20,000 nt of DNA from an uncultured virus (IMG/VR IMGVR_UViG_3300030116_006045) (taxonomy: Duplodnaviria; Heunggongvirae; Uroviricota; Caudoviricetes). The stretch covers positions 44,952 through 64,951 of IMG/VR virus record IMGVR_UViG_3300030116_006045, one strand, 5' to 3'. Below the pieces are notes generated by a model. That model did not search any database. It saw only the letters and a program-made list of their open reading frames with translations, and had not been told where the DNA came from. Shown here in pieces: positions 7,487-16,158 of the stretch; the stretch's first letter is position 1, and every line of letters begins with the position of its first letter. The translations under genes were made by a program, and so were the position numbers.

Positions 7487-8941
7487 ATGTCCGATGACTG
7501 TGACTGTGGTTGTGCTGATTGTGATGATAATGTCATAGCAGAAGAAATGGGTAAAGACATCTTTGATAATCCAGGCGAGGCTATGCGTCGTTCTAAGGAA
7601 TTAGGATGCGATAAGGTTCACACCATGCGTCGTGACGGACAGACACTTTTCATGCCTTGTGGCACTCATGATGAATATGATAGAAAAATGTCTGAAGAAG
7701 CTGGTTATCATGATGATGATGAAGACGAGGACAAAAAGAAAGCTGAAGATGATGATGAAGAGGAATACGACGCATCAGCTAACTGTGAGTCCGGTTATTG
7801 TCCTCCTGGTTTTGAGTTTGTAGCTGGAGAATGTATTACTGTAACGTGCGATCTGGATATTCAAAGTGTTGAGGTTATAGCCGAGGCAAACACAGGTATC
7901 AATGTAATCCGAATATCTGGTGTAGCGTTCACAAATGGCTACAATAAGAATGGGTGGCGTCTTACTAAAGAAGCTGCAGAAAACACTGTTGAACAAATGG
8001 TCGGAGCCGATCTTACTCTAAATCACCCTAAGCAAAAGGGTGTTGGCTTTTCTCGAAACATGGATGGTGGAGTCGATGAAGCCGTTGTTGGTATTGTTAC
8101 AGAAGCCAAGATGAACTATGGTGATGAAGACGACGAGAAATACTCTGTTCGATTCAAGGGTGAGGTGTATAGAGAGGAATTGTTCGCAGCTCTTGAGTCC
8201 GGCTTATGGCTTCGTGAGGGCTATGGTGTGTCTATCGGTGGTACTGGAATACCTACCGCTACCGAGGAAGATGAGAAGGGTCGAAGGCGCATGACTTTTG
8301 GTGGAGATTTTAGCTTTGATCACCTCGCAATCGTTCACAAACCCGCATACGCAGACGCTAAGATAGACAAAGTGGAGAAGGTTGAGCTGGAAATGCCCTC
8401 AGCCTCCACCTTGATATATCAAACGGGTGATGGCTCAATTCAACCAAAGGGTGAAGAGAACATGAGTGACGAAATCGAAATGGTCGAAGCATCGGAAGCA
8501 TCTGATGATCTGGCCGCTATTCAAGAACAATTGGTATTAGCCAATGCACGAATCGCTGAGTTTGAAGCTCAGGCTATGGAAGCTGCTGAATCAGAGCGTG
8601 TTGCTCTTGTTGAGAAGGCAAGCGAGCTTGGTCTTTCCGGTCACGACGACTTTACCACTGAAATGTTAGAGCGCGTGATCTCATCCTGGGAAGCATCCCG
8701 ACCTGAGCCACGCGAAATGGCTCCGGCTACTCCAGCAGCTCCTGAAGCTGTTATCGAAGCGAGTGAAGAGGTTCCTGAGAACCGCTCAGTCGTTGCTAAC
8801 TACCTGAATGGGGAACTTGTTGAGTCCTCACAGGATCTTTACAGTCGCGCATGGAACGCTTGGGCTTCCGCCTGGAATGGAACTATTTCCGGTGGAGATG
8901 AACGCGCTCCAATGTTCGATGAAATCAAGGAAAAGGTGTGA
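7487..8941 (+). CDS. Prohead (maturation) protease fused to C-terminal scaffold
   Basis: HK97/herpes-type protease features ISGVAF..NKNGW, LTLNHP (His), GVSIGG (Ser), DHLAIVHKPAY, followed by an acidic coiled-coil C-terminus. Upstream of the capsid gene. Confidence 0.85.
   Translation: MSDDCDCGCADCDDNVIAEEMGKDIFDNPGEAMRRSKELGCDKVHTMRRDGQTLFMPCGTHDEYDRKMSEEAGYHDDDEDEDKKKAEDDDEEEYDASANCESGYCPPGFEFVAGECITVTCDLDIQSVEVIAEANTGINVIRISGVAFTNGYNKNGWRLTKEAAENTVEQMVGADLTLNHPKQKGVGFSRNMDGGVDEAVVGIVTEAKMNYGDEDDEKYSVRFKGEVYREELFAALESGLWLREGYGVSIGGTGIPTATEEDEKGRRRMTFGGDFSFDHLAIVHKPAYADAKIDKVEKVELEMPSASTLIYQTGDGSIQPKGEENMSDEIEMVEASEASDDLAAIQEQLVLANARIAEFEAQAMEAAESERVALVEKASELGLSGHDDFTTEMLERVISSWEASRPEPREMAPATPAAPEAVIEASEEVPENRSVVANYLNGELVESSQDLYSRAWNAWASAWNGTISGGDERAPMFDEIKEKV
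8462..8941 (+). CDS. Nested in-frame scaffolding protein (MSDEIEMVE...), 159 aa
   Basis: In-frame ATG right after the protease domain, preceded by GGTGA and by TTGATATATCAA at 8411. Analogous to lambda C/Nu3. Confidence 0.6.
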   Translation: MSDEIEMVEASEASDDLAAIQEQLVLANARIAEFEAQAMEAAESERVALVEKASELGLSGHDDFTTEMLERVISSWEASRPEPREMAPATPAAPEAVIEASEEVPENRSVVANYLNGELVESSQDLYSRAWNAWASAWNGTISGGDERAPMFDEIKEKV

Positions 8942-8946
8942 TTAAA

Positions 8947-9354
8947 ATGACATACGGTGCATCAGACGCAAGAACTTACACAGTGAAAGACGGGGTTTAT
9001 CCAAAGAAGGGTAGCCTACTAACTATTCAGACCAGCGATGGTAAGGTAGATCTCACTACCGCTACCGAGGTATGCCACCTCATAGCTGTTGATGAGTCCT
9101 CCAGGGACGCAGACGGCACTCTTGTAGCGGCAAGCGCGACTGTAACAGCAGTCCCTGTCGGTGGAGTAGCATTCGTACTCATGACAAATGGGCAGACGCT
9201 CACAGCTGGCGACGAAATCTTCGTCGGTGCTGATGGTTTGGGAACTGTCACAGCTGGTTCAAGCAAGAAGCTCGGTATCAATCTCGGTCCAGCAGCTACC
9301 ACAGCAACAGGAGTTGTTTATCCGGTAAATACTAATGGAGCGGAACAGATCTGA
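8947..9354 (+). CDS. Capsid cement/decoration protein
   Basis: Small Gly/Ala/Thr/Val beta protein (LTAGDEIFVGADG...KKLGI) between scaffold and capsid genes. Confidence 0.7.
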   Translation: MTYGASDARTYTVKDGVYPKKGSLLTIQTSDGKVDLTTATEVCHLIAVDESSRDADGTLVAASATVTAVPVGGVAFVLMTNGQTLTAGDEIFVGADGLGTVTAGSSKKLGINLGPAATTATGVVYPVNTNGAEQI

Positions 9355-9389
9355 GGATTTGGAGAATAAAAAATAGGAAGTGATTAAAA

Positions 9390-10301
9390 ATGACGAACTT
9401 GAACTTGAAACAGATCTTGAACATCGAAGCAGCTGACGGACCTTTTGGTAAGGAAGATGCTGTCCTACAACAGACCCTCCGTGATTTCATCCAGCTACAA
9501 TCTGATGTGATCTCCGTAGGAACAAAGGTTGTTGGAACCCGAACGGTTCCCTGGATGACCTACAAATACTACACTGGAGCTTCTGGAAGCTTTACTTTCC
9601 CAATCGACGAGAACGCAGTCGTAGATGCTACTCACATCGGAACCGAGAACTACACGGTTGCTTTGGAGAAGGGTCAGGGACGCACTGTGTTCCTCGACTC
9701 CGTTCGCCTACGTGGTGAAACTTTCGAGACATTGGATCGTCAGCAGCTTGCTATCGTCCGTCGCCGAGCTGAGGTTATCGACAACCACATTCTAAGCAAG
9801 CTTCACGGTGGAGCTGGTCAGACAAAGGCTGCAACAGCTGTTTTCAATAACGCTTCCGCAGATCCTGAGCAAGACATTCTTGATGCTATGGATCAGATTT
9901 TCGACAATGGCCGTGTAACTGGTGATGAGGCATTGGCTCTTATCCTACCGGCTAACACTCGCTCGATTCTTCTAAACACCAGCTTGTATGGAAACGTCAT
10001 TGAATCTCTACAAGAACACCTGGGCCGTATCGCAAACTTGAGTATCTACTACTCGCGTGATCATGGTTCAAGTTCCGCTCTTGGAACCGACGCTGTTCTT
10101 TTGATTCCTGGTGCTGAAACCGCTGAGTTCTTCACCTACAACGGACCTGGCTACATGGAGACAGAAGTAACTCGAATGGAAGGCGTTGGCTACTCATACC
10201 TACTAACCTCCTACATGGGAACTGTGATCCACGAACACCAAGACGGTGCATCCTCCGGCACAAGCAACAGAATCTGCAAGATTACAGGCGTTATCTCCTG
10301 A
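9390..10301 (+). CDS. Major capsid protein (HK97 fold)
   Basis: 303 aa at the canonical position. Long helix RQQLAIVRRRAEVIDNHILSKL, ADPEQDILDAM, C-terminal ICKITGV. Confidence 0.85.
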   Translation: MTNLNLKQILNIEAADGPFGKEDAVLQQTLRDFIQLQSDVISVGTKVVGTRTVPWMTYKYYTGASGSFTFPIDENAVVDATHIGTENYTVALEKGQGRTVFLDSVRLRGETFETLDRQQLAIVRRRAEVIDNHILSKLHGGAGQTKAATAVFNNASADPEQDILDAMDQIFDNGRVTGDEALALILPANTRSILLNTSLYGNVIESLQEHLGRIANLSIYYSRDHGSSSALGTDAVLLIPGAETAEFFTYNGPGYMETEVTRMEGVGYSYLLTSYMGTVIHEHQDGASSGTSNRICKITGVIS

Positions 10302-10318
10302 TTAGGAGATGGCATCTC

Positions 10319-10534
10319 ATGAGCTGGCTTGAGCGTGTTTATGCCCAGGAAGGGCTGCAATACGTTGCTGTCCCAGATCCTGAACCTTCTATGGATTATT
10401 CGGGTCTAAAGGTAGCTGAACTACGTGATTTATTAGAAGCTCAAGGGCTTCCTACTAACGGTCGAAAGGCCGATTTGATTGCTCGTCTTGAAGAGAATAG
10501 TGAAGTGAGTACAGATGGCGAAGAAGAAGAGTAA
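10319..10534 (+). CDS. SAP-domain small protein
   Basis: YSGLKVAELRDLLEAQGLPTNGRKADLIARL matches the SAP consensus. Confidence 0.85.
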   Translation: MSWLERVYAQEGLQYVAVPDPEPSMDYSGLKVAELRDLLEAQGLPTNGRKADLIARLEENSEVSTDGEEEE

Positions 10535-10868
10535 AGCGAAGATTGTTAGAGAATTACACGATGCAGGTATTCCTGTGGACGCTGATCTCACGATAGCCGA
10601 TCTTGAACATCGACTCAATCATTGGAAAGGCCCGAAGGGTTGGGTTTTACGGCGATTCCGTCCTATTCCTAATAACTACACGCACCCAGCTATGATGCTC
10701 AACATCAACGAAACAACATGGGTTCCAGATTCTGACTTCGCCGAGATTATTGTTTCATCACAAAAAGTTATGATAGTCGGTAGATGCAACACACCGCCTG
10801 AAGGTGTGCGTGTGTTAGACGTACCAAAACATCTCGACTTCTATGGTAGCCCAGGAGAGGAAGAATAA
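10515..10868 (+). CDS. Hypothetical protein with N-terminal HEH/LEM-like motif
   Basis: KAKIVRELHDAGIPVDADLTIADLEHRL has a helix-extension-helix pattern. TAATG-coupled to the next gene. Confidence 0.7.
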   Translation: MAKKKSKAKIVRELHDAGIPVDADLTIADLEHRLNHWKGPKGWVLRRFRPIPNNYTHPAMMLNINETTWVPDSDFAEIIVSSQKVMIVGRCNTPPEGVRVLDVPKHLDFYGSPGEEE

Positions 10869-11254
10869 TGGCTGTTACCACAACACAGATTCGTGATTTA
10901 CTTAACAGACCTACGGGACTTGTTGAAGGAACAATCACAGAATACATCAACATGAGGGATCGTGAAGCTACTAAGATAGCAAGAACTAGCTCATACAACA
11001 TAGGAACGGATCACCAAGTCACTACGGATCTAAAAGAAGATTTCATCAAGGCTGCTGTATGCGTCGATTGTCTTATCGTATTGATTGATACTCTCCCATC
11101 GGATCTGGAGCCAAATCAACGCACTGTCAGTGATACACGGTTTCGAGAACAATTGAACGCATTCAAAGAGCGCATGGCTACTGCCCGACAGAACATAGCA
11201 GAACCTAACGCAGCTGCCTTCGCTACGGATTCAACAGCGACCAGGCAGGAGTAA
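10868..11254 (+). CDS. Head-tail adaptor-like protein (SPP1 gp15/HK97 gp6 type, putative)
   Basis: 128 aa helical protein starting VTTTQIRDLL, positioned after the capsid gene. Confidence 0.6.
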   Translation: MAVTTTQIRDLLNRPTGLVEGTITEYINMRDREATKIARTSSYNIGTDHQVTTDLKEDFIKAAVCVDCLIVLIDTLPSDLEPNQRTVSDTRFREQLNAFKERMATARQNIAEPNAAAFATDSTATRQE

Positions 11255-11256
11255 GC

Positions 11257-13173
11257 ATGACTGATTTTTATTGGGTAGCTACCGGCACTACCGCTACTGA
11301 CGCAGCAGCGGCTGGTGGGTGGAGTACAAGCTCAGGAGGTTCAGCACAGTCGTCTTGGCCTGGCTCAAGCCCTACAACCACAGATAATTTTTATTTCGAT
11401 GCTAATTCAAACGCCCCTTGTATATGGGGCATCGCTTCTGTGGAATCCATAGTATGTAGCCTTACATCTCTTTTCACAGCTGGTATTCAGCTTAAAGGAA
11501 ATGTGGCCCTAAAAGGATTACAATTGAACACACCTCTTACTCTCAACAGTGGAACCGCGTCTTCAACACTCACATTCAGCAGTCCTTTGAGTGGCTTTCG
11601 AGATTCAGCATCAAAGGATAGATTTGTTTTGAATGGTCAGAAGGCTAACGTCACAGGAGACATTACTTACAAGTTTCAAGGAAACGTGTACTTAGATGAC
11701 GGCCCATATCAAAAGATAGATCTCAATAGTGGTATCTTACTACCTGGTTACAATGTTCCTACAAGCACTGTTCATGACAATGCTGATGACGGCTTTGCTC
11801 ATGTTAAGGGGGCATTCATAACATCAGGTGGAACAGTGTCCAGATCCACAGTAGTTCCTAACCGAGCTTTAGATTCAGCTAAGAAGTTCAAGATCGATAC
11901 TACCACATTCACTTATGCACATACCAGCTTTGATGCTATGCTGTCCCAATGGTGGTTTAGAGGTATTACTTTGCCTGTGTCCGGCTCTACGACATATGGT
12001 GGTGGTTCTCCAGCTTTCCAAGCTAAACACCACTCGATTGTAATCTTCGCAAGCTCGGCTGGTGATAAAGTAACAATTACATCGGGTCTTACTCTCGACT
12101 GTTATGATCTGGAGATTCGTGCTGGTGCTAGATTAGTCAGCTCATCAAACGGAGATCCCGTAACAATCCGCACACAAAAGCTTCCCACGATTAACGGTGG
12201 CTGGTCTTTCGAGCCGGTAGCATCGTTTGAGTTCGTATCTCCCAGGAACAACCCTGTCCTTCCTATCGTTCGTGGCGGAACAGGACTGAAGACCATAGGA
12301 ACAGCTGGGCAGGTATTGAAAGTCAATAGCAGTGCTAACGCTCTTGAATATGGAGCTGTCTCCGGTGGATCTGGAACAGTAACAAGTGTTGCTACCTCAG
12401 CCCCAATCACAGGAGGAACAATTACAGCAACAGGTACAATCGGTATCAGCGCGGCAACGACAAGTGCCGCTGGATCTATGTCTTCGGCTGATAAGACCAA
12501 GTTAGACGGTATCGAAGCCTCGGCTGACGTTACCGATGCAACAAACGTGGCGGCGGCAGGAGCGTTAATGGATTCAGAGCTTACAGATTTAGCTGGCGTC
12601 AAAGGTGTAACAATATCTACGCTTCAAGTAAAGCCAAGTGAGGGTGCATTCGCAAATGGAGACAAAACTAAACTCGATGGAATAGCTGCTAACGCTACTG
12701 CATACGCTGATGCTAACGCACAACAAGCATCTCTTGGTGTGGCACTAACAACAGTGACGCTTGGCACAACCGTTAGCGGTTTTACTTCGGGTGCATACAC
12801 AATCGCACCCTTGAACAACGTCGTGAAAGACGTAACAAGTGCGTGGGATGGCTCAGGATATTACTTTACTGCACCCGCCGATGGGATCTATCATGTTACT
12901 TTCAATGCCTCTATACAAGGACTTACCACCTTATCACACGTTGCTATCACTAGATTATACAAAGACACAGGCAGCGGATTTAACTTCATAGCATCTGGAA
13001 GCACCGCCAGACAAAGTGGTGCTGTGGCAGTAGGAAATGTAACTTTAGCCCTAAATACTGGTGATAAGTTAGCACTATATGTTTATCATGATGGGGGTTC
13101 CAGTAAGAATCTTCTTGGTGATAACATAGCACCAAATTACACAATGATGTCTATTAGGATGGTGGGTCTATGA
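11257..13173 (+). CDS. Fibre/adhesin with C-terminal C1q-like domain
   Basis: N-terminal FYWV..WSTSSGG..DNFYFDANS; fibre motifs LPIVRGGTG, GTAGQVLKVNS, GTVTSV, ADKTKLDGI (twice); C-terminal YFTAPADGIYHVTFNAS..LNTGDKLALYV. Confidence 0.8.
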   Translation: MTDFYWVATGTTATDAAAAGGWSTSSGGSAQSSWPGSSPTTTDNFYFDANSNAPCIWGIASVESIVCSLTSLFTAGIQLKGNVALKGLQLNTPLTLNSGTASSTLTFSSPLSGFRDSASKDRFVLNGQKANVTGDITYKFQGNVYLDDGPYQKIDLNSGILLPGYNVPTSTVHDNADDGFAHVKGAFITSGGTVSRSTVVPNRALDSAKKFKIDTTTFTYAHTSFDAMLSQWWFRGITLPVSGSTTYGGGSPAFQAKHHSIVIFASSAGDKVTITSGLTLDCYDLEIRAGARLVSSSNGDPVTIRTQKLPTINGGWSFEPVASFEFVSPRNNPVLPIVRGGTGLKTIGTAGQVLKVNSSANALEYGAVSGGSGTVTSVATSAPITGGTITATGTIGISAATTSAAGSMSSADKTKLDGIEASADVTDATNVAAAGALMDSELTDLAGVKGVTISTLQVKPSEGAFANGDKTKLDGIAANATAYADANAQQASLGVALTTVTLGTTVSGFTSGAYTIAPLNNVVKDVTSAWDGSGYYFTAPADGIYHVTFNASIQGLTTLSHVAITRLYKDTGSGFNFIASGSTARQSGAVAVGNVTLALNTGDKLALYVYHDGGSSKNLLGDNIAPNYTMMSIRMVGL

Positions 13174-13343
13174 CGAAAACATTAGAACAAGTATTGTTAG
13201 AAAACTATCCTAATTACATACCTTACTTTCATGGCTGTGTTCAAGATGATGGCGACGGTCCTTACTTTCGCAGGGACATATGGCCGAGTGAGCTTGGAAC
13301 AGCACCAACAGACGCACAATTAACGGAGTGGATGAATGAATGA
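13170..13343 (+). CDS. XkdW-like small fibre-associated protein, 57 aa (MTKTLEQVLLENYPNYIPYFHGCVQDDGDGPYFRRDIWPSELGTAPTDAQLTEWMNE)
   Basis: Translated by hand. ATGA overlaps at both ends. QDDGDGPY..W...PTDAQL pattern is typical of ORFs that follow fibres. Confidence 0.75.
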   Translation: MTKTLEQVLLENYPNYIPYFHGCVQDDGDGPYFRRDIWPSELGTAPTDAQLTEWMNE

Positions 13344-13516
13344 GTAAAAGAGTAGGAAAGATCGTGTACACCCCACCTGAAAGGTGCTTAAATCACGTGA
13401 TCATAGAAGAGACACCGCATGGCTACAAAATCTATCAACGGGGTCAAGATAGACCTTTCAAGGTGCTACCTTTAAGCGTGGTAAAGAGCGTGGATTACAA
13501 TGAGGGAGAGCGTTAG
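13340..13516 (+). CDS. Hypothetical protein, 58 aa (MSKRVGKIVYTPPERCLNHVIIEETPHGYKIYQRGQDRPFKVLPLSVVKSVDYNEGER)
   Basis: Translated by hand. ATGA overlap, and it fills the gap up to the next gene. Confidence 0.7.
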   Translation: MSKRVGKIVYTPPERCLNHVIIEETPHGYKIYQRGQDRPFKVLPLSVVKSVDYNEGER

Positions 13517-13518
13517 TC

Positions 13519-13716
13519 ATGGACATCGAGCTTTGGTTAGTAGCTGTTTTAGCTGGTGTTGCTTTCGGACTTTGGGGTTGGGAGAGATGGAAGGCTATTA
13601 CCGCAGATGGTAAGATCACTCTCGATGAAATCGTCGCCGCCGTAAGGGAGGCCGCTCCAATGGCGCAAGACGTCAAGGAGAAGGTCGAAGATGCGGTGGA
13701 CGGTGAGGAAGAGTGA
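13519..13716 (+). CDS. Small single-pass membrane protein
   Basis: N-terminal TM LWLVAVLAGVAFGLWGW, then ADGKITLDE and an amphipathic helix. Confidence 0.75.
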   Translation: MDIELWLVAVLAGVAFGLWGWERWKAITADGKITLDEIVAAVREAAPMAQDVKEKVEDAVDGEEE

Positions 13717-14240
13717 CTTACTACTGTTCAACCGCAGACGTAGCTCAACGCTTAGGTCTTGATGCAGCTCAACGCACCAGATCCGCAAGTCGATTAGGTA
13801 GTGTGATCCGTAGAGCTACTGTTGAAATCGATTCCTGTTTTCGTAACTACGGTCGTGATGCACCCTCCCGCGAAACAGCTTCTTCGACGTTAAATGGCGG
13901 AGTTAGTGCTGGTGCTACTACTATCACACTCGCAAGCGGAACGGGCTTTAGCAACGCAGGTAACGGTAACGTCGATGGTGATTCATTCAAGTGGACTGGT
14001 AAATCTACTAACGACCTTACAGGTGTTACTGGACTTAGCGCGGATCACGCCACTGGGGTCACGGTCGAACAGGGTGAGTTCGCTCATGTTATGCGCGAGG
14101 TATGTGCTGACATCGCTGCAGGTATGTATCTTCAAGATGAAGCTGCTTTTTCAACAGAAACAGCTATTCGCGCTCCGATCTATACCCAACGTGGCTACGA
14201 ACTTCTATATCGAACAGCCAAGCTTGGGACGGTGGATTGA
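13713..14240 (+). CDS. Head-tail connector-like protein (Mu gp36/gp6 type) with inserted beta module
   Basis: YCSTADVAQRLG..IRRATVEIDSCF..MREVCADIAAGMYL helical scaffold interrupted by TLNGGVSAGATTITLASGTGF..HATGVTV. Confidence 0.7.
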   Translation: MTYYCSTADVAQRLGLDAAQRTRSASRLGSVIRRATVEIDSCFRNYGRDAPSRETASSTLNGGVSAGATTITLASGTGFSNAGNGNVDGDSFKWTGKSTNDLTGVTGLSADHATGVTVEQGEFAHVMREVCADIAAGMYLQDEAAFSTETAIRAPIYTQRGYELLYRTAKLGTVD

Positions 14241-15076
14241 TGGCAAAGCAACACTATCAAACATTCAAGGCTAAGAACCTCAGTGGAGGATCTAGCAACA
14301 TAGGAACAAGTAGGCGTCAGGGTCTTCTTCGTTTCACAGTGGACTTCAATAGCCGTGAGCTGGAAATGAGCCTCGGACGTATGGCTCAAGAGGGGCAAGA
14401 TGTCCTTACTCGATTTTCTGTATTGGCTTTGAGAAGGGCCATGAAGGAAACACAGGAGCTTTTACTTGAGCAAGAAATAGGCGATGGTCGTACAGCCCGT
14501 GATGTTCGTAACGATGCTGTCGCTGGATCGAAAAATATCTATGTTCGTTTAGCTGAATCTCTTCGTGTAACATCATCGAATAATCGAGCAAGAATCTATT
14601 CAGCACCTTATCCTACCGGATATGTCTCTCAATCCCGACCTGGGAAGGTAAAACTCGCACGTATTCATGCCGGAGGTTTAGATGAGTTCCCGTATTCTGA
14701 GAATCTTCCTATGTATGTGAAGTCATCAATAAGATACGCTGCATTTGATAGGGCTAATAACCCGACAGCTCGCGGTAGAACACACGCTCAAACAAGCGGA
14801 ATGAAAATGGCCGAGGAACACCCAGGATTCTCAAAGACAGATTTCTTAGGTTATGCGGAGCGGGTTTATGCAGACATATTCAACGAGGAACTATTCGACT
14901 ATATTTTTAACAAAAGTGAGTTTAGACGTATTTTTAGTAGGGTTATTGCGTCTAAGGGTACTGATGGTAAGATGGATGGCTACCTTCGAGACATTGTTCA
15001 CAACCCAGGAACAAAGCATGAGTATGTAGAAAAGAAGCAAGCGTTTAGAACATATAGAAGAAACAGGAGTCAGTAA
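14240..15076 (+). CDS. Tail completion protein (HK97 gp10-like, putative)
   Basis: Basic protein between connector and terminator, with LAESLRV, ARIHAG and HPGFSKTDFL motifs. Confidence 0.55.
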   Translation: MAKQHYQTFKAKNLSGGSSNIGTSRRQGLLRFTVDFNSRELEMSLGRMAQEGQDVLTRFSVLALRRAMKETQELLLEQEIGDGRTARDVRNDAVAGSKNIYVRLAESLRVTSSNNRARIYSAPYPTGYVSQSRPGKVKLARIHAGGLDEFPYSENLPMYVKSSIRYAAFDRANNPTARGRTHAQTSGMKMAEEHPGFSKTDFLGYAERVYADIFNEELFDYIFNKSEFRRIFSRVIASKGTDGKMDGYLRDIVHNPGTKHEYVEKKQAFRTYRRNRSQ

Positions 15077-15078
15077 CA

Positions 15079-16158
15079 ATGGCGGTCGCACCTTTTACTA
15101 CAATTTGGTCGAGTCGTATAGATGGGGGAGATCCCACAGACCCACCAGGCTCACAGAACACAGCTTTCACAGGAAGTGCTGGGTCAGCTGACGGTAAGAA
15201 TTGGAAGATCAATAGTAGCACAGGATCTGGCTACTACTCACTTACACCTACTACTACTGCCTACACAATGTTCATCGGCATTTCTTACACTAACGCGAGT
15301 GATCTCCCCGCTGATGGGACAGTTCTCGCTGAGTTGGACAACGGCACAAAGAAGGTTCAGCTTCAGGCTGATGGGACAGCTACCGGACTAAAGCTCGTAG
15401 GCGCAACAACACAGTCGTTTGGCGATCTGGATCTAACTCGAACAGAGGTTGATTCGTTACCTACTTCTGTTCGTATCACTCTTGACGCAGCTGGTAACGC
15501 GAAAGCCTATCTGTTTGAGATTATAGAAGGTGATGATGGTAACGATCTGACTTTAGCTGTTGCGGGTTCTAGCGGTTCAAGTGCAACAGCAAAGTGGGGC
15601 AACAATGACGGAGAGGTAACTTGGCATACCACTTACCTATGTACAGCTGGAGCGTTCAATCCTGATGAGATTTCTATTGCTGACTATACTACACAAACAC
15701 TCATCCAAACCGCATTCTCTGTTATCGAGACACTAAAGGATAGTTCACGATTTCATCTAAAGTCAGTCGATCCAGGCTCTATCTATTATGGTTATGATCT
15801 CAGCTCACAAATGATGACCCGCACAGTGCTACCAGCTATCGTAGTTCTTGTTGAACGTATAGACAGCCCTGATATGTACGCGCTTGCTGGTGTTGCCGCT
15901 GAATACACCTTTAACGTAAGAATCATGGTTGTTACAAAGGGAATCGACTACAAGAACGCATATCGTCAAGGTTTGGATCTGGTCGGTGAGATAATGGACG
16001 AGCTTTACGCTAAGACAGGACTCAAAGCATCTGTGGACTCTCTTACAGCGCATCAGACCCGCCTTGATAGTCGAATGGACCCCGATGAACAGATTAGTAT
16101 TCACGACATATCACTAACATATATGAAAAGAATCGATCTCCATCGTCGCTCACCTTGA
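15079..16158 (+). CDS. Tail terminator-like C-terminal domain fused to an N-terminal beta-sandwich
   Basis: C-terminal ~150 aa (LPAIVVLVE..YTFNVRIMVV..LDLVGEIMDELY..HDISLTY) fits the terminator pattern. Immediately before the tail tube. Confidence 0.55.
   Translation: MAVAPFTTIWSSRIDGGDPTDPPGSQNTAFTGSAGSADGKNWKINSSTGSGYYSLTPTTTAYTMFIGISYTNASDLPADGTVLAELDNGTKKVQLQADGTATGLKLVGATTQSFGDLDLTRTEVDSLPTSVRITLDAAGNAKAYLFEIIEGDDGNDLTLAVAGSSGSSATAKWGNNDGEVTWHTTYLCTAGAFNPDEISIADYTTQTLIQTAFSVIETLKDSSRFHLKSVDPGSIYYGYDLSSQMMTRTVLPAIVVLVERIDSPDMYALAGVAAEYTFNVRIMVVTKGIDYKNAYRQGLDLVGEIMDELYAKTGLKASVDSLTAHQTRLDSRMDPDEQISIHDISLTYMKRIDLHRRSP

Noticed and set aside
12102..12818. Minus-strand ORFs of 166 and 64 aa within the fibre gene, and similar antisense ORFs elsewhere
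   Set aside because: Stop-poor antisense frames of Gly/Ala/Thr-rich coding sequence.
10520..13716. Shared C-terminal GEEE in three ORFs (also EGD, EGM, GDEI endings elsewhere)
   Set aside because: Most simply explained by purine-rich RBS sequences (GGAG/GGTGA) or overlaps of the coupled downstream gene rather than a protein signal.
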